From assembly GCA_963718615.1 (NCBI GenBank), contig OY970368.1, positions 3,872,001 through 3,936,000 on the forward strand: a DNA stretch of 64,000 nt. Reading direction: 5' to 3'. Each line of letters starts with the position of its first letter. Within the stretch, counting starts at the first letter, position 1. Below are positions 15,719 through 26,285 of the stretch, in pieces. A program made the position numbers and the translations under genes. Below the pieces are notes generated by a model. That model did no database searches, was not told the origin of the DNA, and saw only the letters and a list, made by a program, of their open reading frames with translations. The DNA is from an uncultured cyanobacterium (GTDB lineage Bacteria; Cyanobacteriota; Cyanobacteriia; PCC-9006; JAAUQQ01).

Positions 15719-17515
15719 ATGCCCCTCGACTTTCGCAATACCAATACCCTCTGGGCATCGGTGCTGGTGGAAACGCTCTACCGCCTCGGTCTTCAGACAG
15801 CCATTCTTTGCCCCGGCTCCCGTTCAGCCCCGCTCACCCTAGCCTTTGCTCAACATCCCCAGCTCAAAGCTATTCCCGTCTTGGATGAGCGATCGGCCAG
15901 TTTTTTTGCCCTGGGTATGGCTCGGCGACTGCACCAACCGGTGGCCTTGGTCTGCACCTCAGGAACCGCCGGGGCCAATTTTTATCCCGCCGTGATTGAG
16001 GCCCGTGAAAGCGGCGTGCCGCTGCTGATTTTCACCGCCGATCGCCCGCCAGAACTGCGCCACTGCCACGCGGGACAGGCCATCGACCAAGTTCGTCTAT
16101 TTGGACAATATCCCCAATGGCAAACGGAATTGGGCCTGCCGGAAGCCAATCTCGATGTTTTGGCCTATTTGCGGCAAACCTTGGTTTATGCCTGGGAGCG
16201 ATCGCAATTTCCTACCCCTGGCCCCGTTCATCTCAATCTCCCCTTCCGCGACCCCCTCGCCCCGCTGGCAGAAAACTGGCCTGAGGAACAATCGTCCGTC
16301 GCCGACCTCGATCCGGCGCAATTTTTTCAGCATCTCTTGCCGCCAGCTTTGCCCCCCGAACCGATTGCCCTCCCCACCCATCGTCTGCCCGAGCGGTTGC
16401 CCGACTGGCATCGCCTTGAGACCGGCATTTTGGTGGTTGGCTTGGCCCAACCCGCCCAGCCCCAACGGTATTGCGAGGCGATCGCCCAACTCGCCCAGTC
16501 CCTCGGCTGGCCCGTCCTCGCCGACGCCCTCAATCCCCTGCGCAACTTTGCGAGCTTAAACCCCTATCTGATTGACCATTACGACCTAATTTTGCGATCG
16601 CCCGATGCAGCCCAAAGCCTTCAGCCCGACGGTGTGATTCGCCTGGGCGAACTGCCCACCAGCAAAACCCTGCGGCAATGGTTGAGCCAGCTCGACGTGC
16701 CCCAATGGGTTCTTAGCACCAGCGCCGAAAATTTTGACCCCCTCCACAGCAAAACCCTGCACCTGCGGACCCCCCTTGAAACCTTACTCGACAGTTTTCC
16801 CCACTCCCCCACTCCCCCACTCCCCCACTCCCACCTCAAAACCTGGCAACATCTCGACCAGCAAATCGCTCAACGCCTAACGGCCCAATTCACCGCTACC
16901 TCAGACCTGCGAGAACCCAAAATTGCCTGGTTTCTCTCCCAAACACTACCGCCAGAAACGCTGCTCTTCGTGGCCAACAGTACCCCGGTCAGGGATCTGG
17001 AGTGGTTTTGGCAAAAGGGCGATCGCCATATCCAGCCCTACTTCAATCGCGGAGCCAACGGCATCGACGGCACCCTCTCCACCGCCCTAGGACTAGCCCA
17101 TGCCGCCAACCGCGCCAGCGTCCTGCTAACGGGTGACCTTGCCCTCTTGCACGACACCAACGGCTTTTTGCTGGCCTTGGGCGCGCAGCGCAGCGGCAAA
17201 CTTCGGGGTTCGCTCACCATTATTTTGATTAACAACAATGGCGGCGGCATTTTTGAGCTCTTGCCCATTGCGCAGTTTGACCCCCCCTTCGAAGAATTTT
17301 TTGCCACCCCCCATCCCATCCAGTTTGCTCAACTCTGTCAGACCTACGGCATCGAGTATCACGCCATTCAAACCTGGGAGGCATTCGCCCAGAATTTGCA
17401 ATCCTTACCCCAGCAAGGCATCCGACTCTTAGAATTGCGAACTGACCGCAAGGCTGATAGCGTTTGGCGATCGCAACTGCTCAATCTGGGTCGAGAAATC
17501 CCCCTGAACGGTTAA
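15719..17515 (+). CDS. menD: SEPHCHC synthase
   Basis: CPGSRSAPL, DERSASFFALG, TSGTA, NRGANGIDG, GDLALLHD, NNNGGGIF. Confidence 0.96.
   Translation: MPLDFRNTNTLWASVLVETLYRLGLQTAILCPGSRSAPLTLAFAQHPQLKAIPVLDERSASFFALGMARRLHQPVALVCTSGTAGANFYPAVIEARESGVPLLIFTADRPPELRHCHAGQAIDQVRLFGQYPQWQTELGLPEANLDVLAYLRQTLVYAWERSQFPTPGPVHLNLPFRDPLAPLAENWPEEQSSVADLDPAQFFQHLLPPALPPEPIALPTHRLPERLPDWHRLETGILVVGLAQPAQPQRYCEAIAQLAQSLGWPVLADALNPLRNFASLNPYLIDHYDLILRSPDAAQSLQPDGVIRLGELPTSKTLRQWLSQLDVPQWVLSTSAENFDPLHSKTLHLRTPLETLLDSFPHSPTPPLPHSHLKTWQHLDQQIAQRLTAQFTATSDLREPKIAWFLSQTLPPETLLFVANSTPVRDLEWFWQKGDRHIQPYFNRGANGIDGTLSTALGLAHAANRASVLLTGDLALLHDTNGFLLALGAQRSGKLRGSLTIILINNNGGGIFELLPIAQFDPPFEEFFATPHPIQFAQLCQTYGIEYHAIQTWEAFAQNLQSLPQQGIRLLELRTDRKADSVWRSQLLNLGREIPLNG
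16799..16834 (+). repeat. Short tandem repeat (CCCCACTC)n inside menD
   Basis: About four copies of an 8-mer encoding PHSPTPPLPHSH; STRR-like. Confidence 0.7.
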
Positions 17516-17682
17516 GCCAAGCCCAACCCGGTGCATAAAGGAACTAAATCATTGGCTCCATTAAGGAAAGGCAAGGGGAGTGATAGAGTTTTAAGTAGGA
17601 AATTGACAAATTTCTTAAGCCTACTCCAACAAATGTTAAAGAGTGGGTGTCCACCCTTATCTTTACCGGTCGGAGGAAGCGG

Positions 17683-18747
17683 ATGCCGCCACGCCGCACT
17701 GCAACACGCACAAGCAGCAGAACCCGGAAGCGAAGTTCCGCTCAGGGAGAAGCTGAAGTCACCCCAGCTCGTTCATCAGATTTATCGGCAACTAATCCCT
17801 GGGATATGGAAATTGAATCTGCCTCTGAGCCGAAAACTGAGTCTGAACCTCAAACTGAGTCCGTTGCTGAAGCAGCCGTAGCACTCGTGGAAGCGGTCGC
17901 TGCTGATTTGGCTCCAGAGCCAGAGCCTGAAGCCGCGACCCAAGCGTCAACATCCGGTTCGGATAAGTCGAATAAGTCGGATACAGATGAGACAGGGGCG
18001 GCGATCGCCCAAAGTCTCATTCAGGAAATCACCCAAGAAATTAATCAAAAAACGGCAAAGACTACCAGCCGTCGGCAAAACGCTAAAACACAGCCTAAAA
18101 CACAGGCCAAATCTCAGGACAAATCGGCAAGCCCCAAAGCCGCAACCGTCCCAAAATCTAAGGCTGAACCCAAAGCTGAACCCAAAGCTGAACCCAAAAT
18201 CGAGCCCAAAGCTGCTACTTCTAGCCGCCGCCAAGCCAAGAGCAAAAGCAGCTCCTCATCAGCCCCCAACGTTTCTTCACCTTCTACTCCGGAGCTTTCT
18301 ATGCCTGCGAAAAGCAACTCAACCAGCCGTAAACCCAGCAACAGCCGAGCTACAACCCGCAAAGCCAGCTCGACCACAAGCACAACCCAGGCGGCTTCCA
18401 CACCGTCAGTCTCGAGTTTGACCGTTTATCAAGCCTCACCCTTGCCCGAACATCGACCCATCGGTCCCAGCGCCATCGAAGTGGCCGATACCTATGGTGG
18501 CAACTTCCAGCGCCCCATCGGTGCTAGCGAAATCCATGTGGTTCACACCTTCCGCGATCCAGAAGTGCGCCCGGTAACGGCAGATACCTTTGAAATTGCC
18601 AAAATGGAAAATCACTCCGGCAATCGTCCCATCATGAAGAGCCAGCTTCCCATTTCTCGGATTGAACGGGCCTTTGGCGATCGCCCCATCGCCCCCAACG
18701 ACGTGGTAGACGAAGATCCCGCCATCCTCATGGGCTATCTCGACTAA
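17683..18747 (+). CDS. Low-complexity hypothetical protein with C-terminal RP(I/V) repeats
   Basis: ATG 17683 with GGAGGA RBS; S/T/K/A-rich N-terminus; co-oriented between menD and menB, 9 bp before menB. Confidence 0.7.
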   Translation: MPPRRTATRTSSRTRKRSSAQGEAEVTPARSSDLSATNPWDMEIESASEPKTESEPQTESVAEAAVALVEAVAADLAPEPEPEAATQASTSGSDKSNKSDTDETGAAIAQSLIQEITQEINQKTAKTTSRRQNAKTQPKTQAKSQDKSASPKAATVPKSKAEPKAEPKAEPKIEPKAATSSRRQAKSKSSSSSAPNVSSPSTPELSMPAKSNSTSRKPSNSRATTRKASSTTSTTQAASTPSVSSLTVYQASPLPEHRPIGPSAIEVADTYGGNFQRPIGASEIHVVHTFRDPEVRPVTADTFEIAKMENHSGNRPIMKSQLPISRIERAFGDRPIAPNDVVDEDPAILMGYLD

Positions 18748-18756
18748 GCGACATTC

Positions 18757-19614
18757 ATGGGAAATTCAGCAGCAATCCCCGAGGTCGACTGGCATTCGGT
18801 CAAGGCCTACGAAGATATTTTGTATCACAAATGTGAGGACGGAATTGCCAAGATCACGATCAATCGACCTCACAAACGTAACGCCTTTCGACCCAAAACC
18901 GTTGTAGAACTCTACGACGCCTTTAGCAATGCACGGGAAGACCCACGCATTGGTGTGGTTTTGTTTACGGGCGCGGGTCCCCACAGCGATGGCAAATATG
19001 CCTTCTGTGCCGGGGGCGACCAAAGCGTTCGGGGGCAAGGGGGCTATCTCGATGAGGAAGGAACCCCCCGTCTCAATGTACTCGACCTTCAGCGTCTGAT
19101 TCGAACCATGCCGAAGGTCGTGATTGCGCTGGTGGCCGGCTATGCCATTGGCGGGGGCCATGTACTGCATATTCTTTGCGACTTAACCCTGGCTGCAGAC
19201 AACGCCATCTTTGGCCAAACCGGCCCCAAGGTGGGCAGTTTTGATGGTGGTTTTGGCTCCAGCTATCTGGCGCGAATTGTGGGCCAAAAGAAAGCCCGAG
19301 AAATTTGGTATCTCTGCCGCCAATATGACGCCCAAGCAGCACTAGACATGGGACTAGTGAACAAGGTCGTCCCGATAGAGGAGCTAGAGGCAGAAGGAAT
19401 TCTCTGGGCTAGGGAAATTTTAGAAAAAAGTCCGATCGCCATCCGCTGTCTCAAGGCCGCCTTTAATGCTGACTGCGATGGTCAAGCCGGAATCCAGGAA
19501 CTCGCAGGCAACGCCACCCTGCTGTACTACATGACGGAAGAAGGGGCAGAAGGCAAACAAGCCTTCCTTGAAAAGCGCAAACCCAACTTCCGCCAATATC
19601 CCTGGCTCCCCTAG
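18757..19614 (+). CDS. menB: 1,4-dihydroxy-2-naphthoyl-CoA synthase
   Basis: [32 protein letters not shown]. Confidence 0.97.
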   Translation: MGNSAAIPEVDWHSVKAYEDILYHKCEDGIAKITINRPHKRNAFRPKTVVELYDAFSNAREDPRIGVVLFTGAGPHSDGKYAFCAGGDQSVRGQGGYLDEEGTPRLNVLDLQRLIRTMPKVVIALVAGYAIGGGHVLHILCDLTLAADNAIFGQTGPKVGSFDGGFGSSYLARIVGQKKAREIWYLCRQYDAQAALDMGLVNKVVPIEELEAEGILWAREILEKSPIAIRCLKAAFNADCDGQAGIQELAGNATLLYYMTEEGAEGKQAFLEKRKPNFRQYPWLP

Positions 19615-19629
19615 CTGGCCCCCCTAGAT

Positions 19630-20757
19630 TTAATTGACTTGCTCCAAACGAGTACCCGCCATCCGGCTCATCCATTGTCGAAAATACTGACGGTTGACCC
19701 GCTGCTCCTGGGGGTCAGCGGTATTGAACGGGTGGGGCGCGAGGCCCTGAATCGCCGCAGAAGTCACACAAAACATCGACTTTTGAAAGCTAATCGCCAA
19801 CTGCACACGCACATCCCGTCCCTGGCGTTTGCTGGTCTTGTAATAGGGTTCCAGATAGTCCGGCAGGTGTCGACTCATATCCTGCATCAGCAGCGTCGGC
19901 GGAATGCCTGAACCACCCACGGGCAAGGGATCCGCATAGAGTGCTCCATAGCTAAAATCCTGAGGGTCCAAGGGAATTTGGAAGGCTTGGGCATTGTAAG
20001 AAACGGTGCCCATAAACGGAGCCCCCCGGAAGAAAACAGCTTCGACATAGGGAACTGCCGTTGCCGAAATAAATACAAATTCTTTGTCCGCCGGAATCAG
20101 CTCACACACCTGTCCCCGAATCGTGGGGGCATAGGTAATGGGCATTGCCGCATCCCGCACCAAGCCTTCCCGAATATGGGCTGTGACCGCTGGAATCGAC
20201 GTGATTTCTCCCTGGCGATAGCGTAGGGCCAAGGTATTGAAAATATCAGCCATGATCGTCCAAAACTGCCCTAGGGCACTGTAGTAGACCATCAACCGCA
20301 GTTGCTCAGCAAAGAAGTTGGGAAAGAGACGATGAAGGAGTGCTAAATCAGGACGGCCCTTGATCTTGACCTGGGTTGCGGCTTCGGCCAATTGCTCAAA
20401 CTCTGGGGTTTCCAGAAACGGCATCAAGACACTGTCCCCATGCCAGAGCATCGCTCGCATACAGTATTCTGCGTATTCAAAATAAAGGCGATCGTGCCAA
20501 AGATGGCGCAAGAGCTTTTGCACCGAAACTTCACCGTCAAAATATTTGAAAAAGGGAAAGAACACCAAACACTGATGGTCGGCAATGTACTTGAGATTTT
20601 TGGAATAGGCATCCAGGACGATACCGTAGCTATCTAAAACGCCAACCACCTCCAGCAGATTCTCTGGAGAATCCGGCAACATCGACTCCCCGGCAATCAG
20701 GCGATCGATATAGGCATCCAAAGGATGAGCCGGATTTTGTTCAATACTCGCAGTCAT
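19630..20757 (-). CDS. cupB: CO2 hydration protein CupB (ChpX)
   Basis: FEYAEYCM, VPYVEAVFFRG, SYNAQA, GIPPTLLMQDM, SFQKSMFCVT; 375 aa fits CupB rather than the longer CupA. Confidence 0.88.
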   Translation of the reverse strand: MTASIEQNPAHPLDAYIDRLIAGESMLPDSPENLLEVVGVLDSYGIVLDAYSKNLKYIADHQCLVFFPFFKYFDGEVSVQKLLRHLWHDRLYFEYAEYCMRAMLWHGDSVLMPFLETPEFEQLAEAATQVKIKGRPDLALLHRLFPNFFAEQLRLMVYYSALGQFWTIMADIFNTLALRYRQGEITSIPAVTAHIREGLVRDAAMPITYAPTIRGQVCELIPADKEFVFISATAVPYVEAVFFRGAPFMGTVSYNAQAFQIPLDPQDFSYGALYADPLPVGGSGIPPTLLMQDMSRHLPDYLEPYYKTSKRQGRDVRVQLAISFQKSMFCVTSAAIQGLAPHPFNTADPQEQRVNRQYFRQWMSRMAGTRLEQVN

Positions 20758-20766
20758 GATTTCCCC

Positions 20767-22659
20767 CTAAGCCTTCCAAACCGCCGTCTGCAACAGTTGC
20801 AGCGCAGTGGTGACATCATCCCAAAGATGGGTCCAGCTCGCGATGAAGACGAGCAGAGCACCCACACCCAGCAAAATCGTCACCACATAGAGCTGGGACT
20901 GACCAGACGCGCTATAGCGCAGCGTTTGCCCTCCCAACACCGTGACGAGTCCGACTGCATTGACCAAACCATCGACGATATAGCGATCGAACCAGGCAAA
21001 CAACTGCGAGGCCAACCGCACGGGGGCTACCACCACAAGACCGTAGAGGCGATCGAGATAAAAATCGTAGGCCAAAAGATCCTGGGCAAACCGCAGACTG
21101 CGGCTGAGGGGACGCGCCCGCTGTCGAGAGAGGGGTAGGGCAGCTCCCACCGCACAGCCCACGACTCCGGTGGCCGTAATCGCAGCCATGGGCAAAATTG
21201 CAGTGACTGAGCTAATCCCCGACAGCAGCCAGTTGGGCGCAATCCAAGGTAGGAGCAGCGTCACGATACTCAACGACACCATGGGCAACACCATGGGCCA
21301 GCCCACCTCGGGCGTTCGCCGGGTTTTGAGCTGCGGTTCGCCACAGAAAATCAGTCGGAACAGTCGTGTCAGGTTGAGCGCCGTTAGTCCATTGACGATC
21401 GCCAAGATCACTACCACCCAAAGGGGCGAGGAATAACTACCACTCACCCAGCGTTGCCAGGTCCAAAATAACCCCAGGGGTAGAACGCCAACGACCCCTA
21501 AGGACCCCACTAAAAACGCCAGCGTCGTGACCGGCATCCGGGACCCCAACCCTCCCATTTCGGTGATGTCCTGGGAGGTTGTTACCAGAGAAATCGCGCC
21601 AGCACTCATGACCAGCAGCGCTCGGGCAGTGCCATGGGTGAGAATCAACAGCAGGGCAACGTCGGTGCGCTGGAAGCCCACAGCGATAAAGACAAGCCCG
21701 AGGTAGGCGCTGCTGGAATGGGAGAGGGCTCGTTTGAGATCGATTTGGGCGATCGCCACCAAAGATCCCCCCACCGCCGTAATCACCCCCAACAGCATCA
21801 ATGCCTGTGAAGCCACCGGCGAGAGCGTCAGCAGTGGCTGCAATTTCAACAAGACATAGGCCCCAGCGGACAGCACCACCGAGTTCCGCAAAATCGACGC
21901 CGGACTTGGCCCCTCCATGGCTTCATCAAGCCAAAGATTCAGGGGAAACTGGGCACATTTGCCCACCGGCCCTGCAATCAGCGCCAACCCCAACAGCGTC
22001 GCCTGCCAGCCCGACACCGGCTTGTGCATGGCCCAGTTCGAGAGCTCCGAAAAGGTCAGTCCCGGTGCGTAGGAAATCAACGCCACTAGGCCCATCAGCA
22101 GAACCACATCCCCAACCCGTTTGGTCAAAAAGGCATCGCGTGCCGCCGTCACCACCAAGGGTTGGGCATACCAAAACCCCACCAGCAAATAGGTCGAGAG
22201 GGTCAGCAACTCCAGCAGACCGTAGCTCAGGACAATAGAATCGCTCAGCGCCAACCCCGACAGCGCCGCTTCAAAAAAGCCCAAAAGCCCATAGAACCGG
22301 GCCAAGGACCATTCCTTTTCCAGATAGCCCAAGCCATAGAGCTGGGTCATCAACATTACCAGCGAGATCAACGTCACAGCCCCGAGGGTAATCGTTGAAA
22401 TTTCTAGACTGATGTTGATCTCTAGCCCCGCCACCTGGAGCCAGGGCATGGAGAGATGCTGGAATGGCTGCATGTTCAAGCCTCGAAAGGCGATCGCCCC
22501 ATGCACCAACGCCAAAAACGAAGTCAGAATATTAAAATAGGCCGCCGGACGCTGACCATTACGCCTCACCAAGCCTATGGACCAAGGCAAAGAGAAGGCG
22601 GCACCAACGAGACCATAAAGCGGAATTAACCAAACCCGATCTAAAAGGAAGCCAGTCAT
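20767..22659 (-). CDS. ndhF4: NAD(P)H-quinone oxidoreductase subunit F4 (constitutive CO2 uptake)
   Basis: RPAAYFN, YAQPLVVTAARDAFLTKRVGD, KCAQFPLNLWLDEAMEGP; directly upstream of cupB. Confidence 0.87.
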   Translation of the reverse strand: MTGFLLDRVWLIPLYGLVGAAFSLPWSIGLVRRNGQRPAAYFNILTSFLALVHGAIAFRGLNMQPFQHLSMPWLQVAGLEINISLEISTITLGAVTLISLVMLMTQLYGLGYLEKEWSLARFYGLLGFFEAALSGLALSDSIVLSYGLLELLTLSTYLLVGFWYAQPLVVTAARDAFLTKRVGDVVLLMGLVALISYAPGLTFSELSNWAMHKPVSGWQATLLGLALIAGPVGKCAQFPLNLWLDEAMEGPSPASILRNSVVLSAGAYVLLKLQPLLTLSPVASQALMLLGVITAVGGSLVAIAQIDLKRALSHSSSAYLGLVFIAVGFQRTDVALLLILTHGTARALLVMSAGAISLVTTSQDITEMGGLGSRMPVTTLAFLVGSLGVVGVLPLGLFWTWQRWVSGSYSSPLWVVVILAIVNGLTALNLTRLFRLIFCGEPQLKTRRTPEVGWPMVLPMVSLSIVTLLLPWIAPNWLLSGISSVTAILPMAAITATGVVGCAVGAALPLSRQRARPLSRSLRFAQDLLAYDFYLDRLYGLVVVAPVRLASQLFAWFDRYIVDGLVNAVGLVTVLGGQTLRYSASGQSQLYVVTILLGVGALLVFIASWTHLWDDVTTALQLLQTAVWKA

Positions 22660-22914
22660 TCAGAGTGCTCTGAGGTTTTGCCGAAACGAAATGCAGAATA
22701 TCCGTCAGCAGAACTCCATCAGGGGAATTCAGCGGAATAATTGCCCCGAAATGCTGACATCACTGATTGCTTAAATATTTTTACCTATTGACGAACCTCA
22801 GACAAGCTGAATGGCCTAGGATGATCCCAGAGCAGGAGCAATTCCGTCACCGAGGCAGTACCTGGAACCGAAAGATTCGCTTACGATGGCGGGAAAGCGT
22901 TTGGAGCACGGCTG

Positions 22915-23346
22915 ATGGATTTGCGCCATATTGCTCGGGAAACCTGCGACATCCTGGTGAACTATCTGACCTACCAAGCCTACCGGGTGATCTTAAGTCA
23001 ACTCCAGGAAACTAACCCTTCGCTCTATATTTGGCTCCAGCATTTTTCAGCTCAGCACTCATTCCAGCACTCCGGGGACTATCTGCAAGCGTTATACCAA
23101 GAGAAACCCGAACTGGCGCTGCGCATGATGACCGTACGGGAGAATCTGGTGGAGGACATGGCCGACGCGCTCCCCGAGATGAGTCGTACCAGCGTCCGAC
23201 AGGCCAATATGAGCTTGCGGCGACAGATGCTGGAGCAGCTCACCCAAGCCCCGTCGGCGATCTCCAGCGCCGAGGCTCCCCTCCATCCCGAACTGAGCCC
23301 CGAGGAATTGCCGACCGCCGAAGAAGCGGGTGACTCAACTGATTAG
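22915..23346 (+). CDS. rbcX: RuBisCO assembly chaperone RbcX
   Basis: IARET...NYLTYQA.RVILSQLQETNP, LALRMMTVRE, LPEM...QANM..RRQ.LE. Confidence 0.9.
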   Translation: MDLRHIARETCDILVNYLTYQAYRVILSQLQETNPSLYIWLQHFSAQHSFQHSGDYLQALYQEKPELALRMMTVRENLVEDMADALPEMSRTSVRQANMSLRRQMLEQLTQAPSAISSAEAPLHPELSPEELPTAEEAGDSTD

Positions 23347-23435
23347 GTTAATTAGGCTGATTAGCCTAAGACCAAGGATGAGTAAGCCCAAGGACAAATT
23401 CCGCCCTGAGCCGATTGAGCTGCCGATTGAGCAGT

Positions 23436-23705
23436 CTAGTAAACCCGCTCCAGAATGCGTAACACCAAATCCGCAAAGGCATCATCACCCAAGCGCCCTA
23501 GGGCCTCTTCCAGAATTTCCAATTCGCTAATCTGCGACTCCGGCGATAGTTCGATCGCTGGAACCAACAACTTGAGATGCTGAATAAACTGCTGCAAATC
23601 CTCCTCGATCCGGCGATGCTTTACATCTAACACCTCCAGCGTGCGTCGAACTGAGCATTCCCGCCGAAATTGATTTGCAACACCATACTCGGATTCGCTA
23701 TTCAT
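23436..23705 (-). CDS. Hypothetical protein (89 aa, helical)
   Basis: ATG-start ORF in an otherwise empty intergenic space; protein-like composition; no family recognised. Confidence 0.5.
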   Translation of the reverse strand: MNSESEYGVANQFRRECSVRRTLEVLDVKHRRIEEDLQQFIQHLKLLVPAIELSPESQISELEILEEALGRLGDDAFADLVLRILERVY

Positions 23706-24036
23706 AACCTATGGCCTCAGCGGGGAAAAGTTAGCTGCCTACCCTCGCATTAAAGCGAAGAACCCTAGGGGCCGTGGGCATTCATTGCAAAAAGTTTGTG
23801 TTTATTCAGACTTAGTCAAATTGGAGGTTTCATCCCCTGGCCATAGGGCTTAAAAGCCTATAAAGTCAGGGTTTGAGCCGGACGCTGAATTAACATAGAA
23901 GAGATCGGCAGGGCCGCCATTGATCTTTTTGCTCTTTAGGGTTTCCGCAATGAAAAGAAAAGGATCGCCGGAACCGTTGAAAAATGTGATAACAGTTACA
24001 GAGTAAGTCTTTGCACAAACTAGGCAGGTAATTGTT

Positions 24037-24825
24037 TTGGCTGGAATACTAGCGGCCAAATCCCCTGAGGCGATCGCAATCTCGGAGAGCGTCTCTTCAG
24101 AATCTCTGGCAGCGCCCATCAAAATTTTAGTGGTTGAGGATGAAGCGTTAATTCGGGAGACTATCGTCTTGGCACTCCGGGATGAAGGGTACGACGTCGA
24201 AGTCGTAGCCGATGGTCGCGCCGCCCTCGACCTGTTTTATCGCAGCTTTGAGCAGGAGGGCGGGGCAGACACCCTACCGGCTCTAATTGTTCTGGACCTG
24301 ATGCTGCCCCATGTGAATGGTCTGGATCTGTGTCGGTTTGTTCGGCGGCAGGGCAGTACCATTCCCATTTTGATTTTGAGCGCCAAAGGCACCGAAACCG
24401 ATCGGGTCGTGGGTCTCGAAGTCGGCGCGGATGACTATCTCACCAAACCCTTTGGCATGCGGGAACTGATCGCCCGCTGTCGTGCCCTGCTGCGCCGTTC
24501 GCAGCAAAACCGCGAGTCGCAGCAGGAGGACGCCATTTCCTTTAAGGAGATTACGCTTTACCCGCAACAATGCCGGATTCTCTTGCGCAACGAAGAGGTT
24601 AATCTTTCTCCCAAAGAATTCCGCATGATGGAACTCTTTATCCAAAACCCCAAACGAGTTTGGTCCCGAGAGCAGCTGTTGGAACGAGTTTGGGGACCCG
24701 ATTTTATGGGGGATAGCAAAACCGTTGATGTTCATATTCGCTGGCTGCGAGAAAAGCTAGAATCAGAGCCCAGCCGCCCCGAATATCTCAAAACCGTGCG
24801 GGGCTTTGGCTATCGGTTCGGTTAG
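24037..24825 (+). CDS. sphR: OmpR/PhoB-family response regulator (SphR-like)
   Basis: ILVVEDE, LDLMLP, GADDYLTKPF, SKTVDVHIRWLREKLE, TVRGFGYRF; paired with a PhoR-like kinase; start uncertain. Confidence 0.8.
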   Translation: MAGILAAKSPEAIAISESVSSESLAAPIKILVVEDEALIRETIVLALRDEGYDVEVVADGRAALDLFYRSFEQEGGADTLPALIVLDLMLPHVNGLDLCRFVRRQGSTIPILILSAKGTETDRVVGLEVGADDYLTKPFGMRELIARCRALLRRSQQNRESQQEDAISFKEITLYPQQCRILLRNEEVNLSPKEFRMMELFIQNPKRVWSREQLLERVWGPDFMGDSKTVDVHIRWLREKLESEPSRPEYLKTVRGFGYRFG

Positions 24826-24983
24826 ACAATTTGGGGGTCGAATGGCAAACCGCAGGGCACAGAACGGTGCTAGGACATGCATCCTGGATCACCTACAGAC
24901 ACCAAAATCTCACCCTAAGATGAAGGATGCTCTCAGTACTTTTCTGTCCCCTCTTTTTCCCTTAACCCCTGTATCTTGCTGTA

Positions 24984-26285
24984 ATGGCTGAATTTTTTCT
25001 GGGATTGGCGATCGGTCTGCTGCTCTTGGCCTGGCAACGTGTTGCCCTCAGCAAGCAGTTACGACAGTTGCTGGCTTACTTCGACGAAGAGTCCCTGCCG
25101 CCCTACTTCAGCCAAACCTCTCGGCTCCTGGTTGCTGCCGCCCAACAACGTCAGCGCCAACAGGATTTGCAATCGATCCTGGCCAGTTTGCGCCAGTTAA
25201 TTAACTACGCCCCGATCGCCTATCTCCAGATCGATCCCGATAATCATTTGCTCTGGTGCAATCAGGCGGCCTCTGAACTGGTGGCGATCGCCGATCCCAG
25301 CCCCACCACCCCTCGGCTTTTGCTCGAACAGGTGCGCTCCTACGACCTCGATCAACTCATCGAACTCACCCGCCAACAGCAGCAAATTTGCCAGCGTCAA
25401 TGGGTTCTCCATCCGCTCAATCCTGATCCCCTCAATCCGGCTCCGCGCCAGACCTTGTATTTATTGGGATATGGCATTCCCCTGCCCGATGGCCAAGTGG
25501 GTGTTTTCCTAGAAAACCGGCAAGAGGTCATGCAGATCGCTCAACAGCGCGATCGCTGGGTTTCGGATGTGGCCCACGAACTCAAAACCCCCCTGACTTC
25601 GATTCGGCTCGTCGCCGAAATGATCGAGTCCCGAGTGGATCCCATGCTCAAACCTTGGGTGGAGCGACTTTTAGGAGAGGTCATTCACCTCAGCAACCTG
25701 GTCCATGACCTACTCGACCTTAGTCGGCTGGAGCGACGCGCGGCCCAAAGCCTGAGTCTCAGTTCTGTACAGTTGCCCAGCCTCATCGAAAGTGCTTGGC
25801 AAACCCTGGAACCGATTACGGCAGCCAAGGACATTCAAATGATCTACCAAGGACCCCAACGGCTGGCGATCGAGGCGGATCAGTCTCGGCTTTACCGGGT
25901 GGTCCTCAACCTGCTCGATAACGCGACAAAGTACAGCCCCCCCAGCAGCACCATCCAAATCCAGCTCGCCCAAACGGACCAAGAGGTTTGTCTGGATGTG
26001 ATTGATTCCGGTCCCGGCTTCCCGGAAGAGGCGATCGCCCACGTCTTCGAACGCTTTTACCGCGCTGATCCCGCCCGCGCCCGCACCGCCTCAACCCTCG
26101 GCCAAGCCGCAGAATCCAGCTCTGCCAACCTCACCTCCATCGCCAGTTGTGGCCTGGGTCTCGCCATCGTCTGGCAAATCATCGAAGCCCACGCAGGCAA
26201 AGTAACCGCCCAGAACCATCCAGACACCCACGGTGCCTGGATCCAGGTGAAGCTCCCCCTACCCATCACCGCATCAGCACTTTAG
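24984..26285 (+). CDS. sphS: Sensor histidine kinase (SphS/PhoR-like)
   Basis: N-terminal TM, PAS-like region (LLLEQVRSYDLDQLI), SDVAHELKTPLTSI, NLLDNA.KYSP, FERFYRAD. Confidence 0.8.
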   Translation: MAEFFLGLAIGLLLLAWQRVALSKQLRQLLAYFDEESLPPYFSQTSRLLVAAAQQRQRQQDLQSILASLRQLINYAPIAYLQIDPDNHLLWCNQAASELVAIADPSPTTPRLLLEQVRSYDLDQLIELTRQQQQICQRQWVLHPLNPDPLNPAPRQTLYLLGYGIPLPDGQVGVFLENRQEVMQIAQQRDRWVSDVAHELKTPLTSIRLVAEMIESRVDPMLKPWVERLLGEVIHLSNLVHDLLDLSRLERRAAQSLSLSSVQLPSLIESAWQTLEPITAAKDIQMIYQGPQRLAIEADQSRLYRVVLNLLDNATKYSPPSSTIQIQLAQTDQEVCLDVIDSGPGFPEEAIAHVFERFYRADPARARTASTLGQAAESSSANLTSIASCGLGLAIVWQIIEAHAGKVTAQNHPDTHGAWIQVKLPLPITASAL

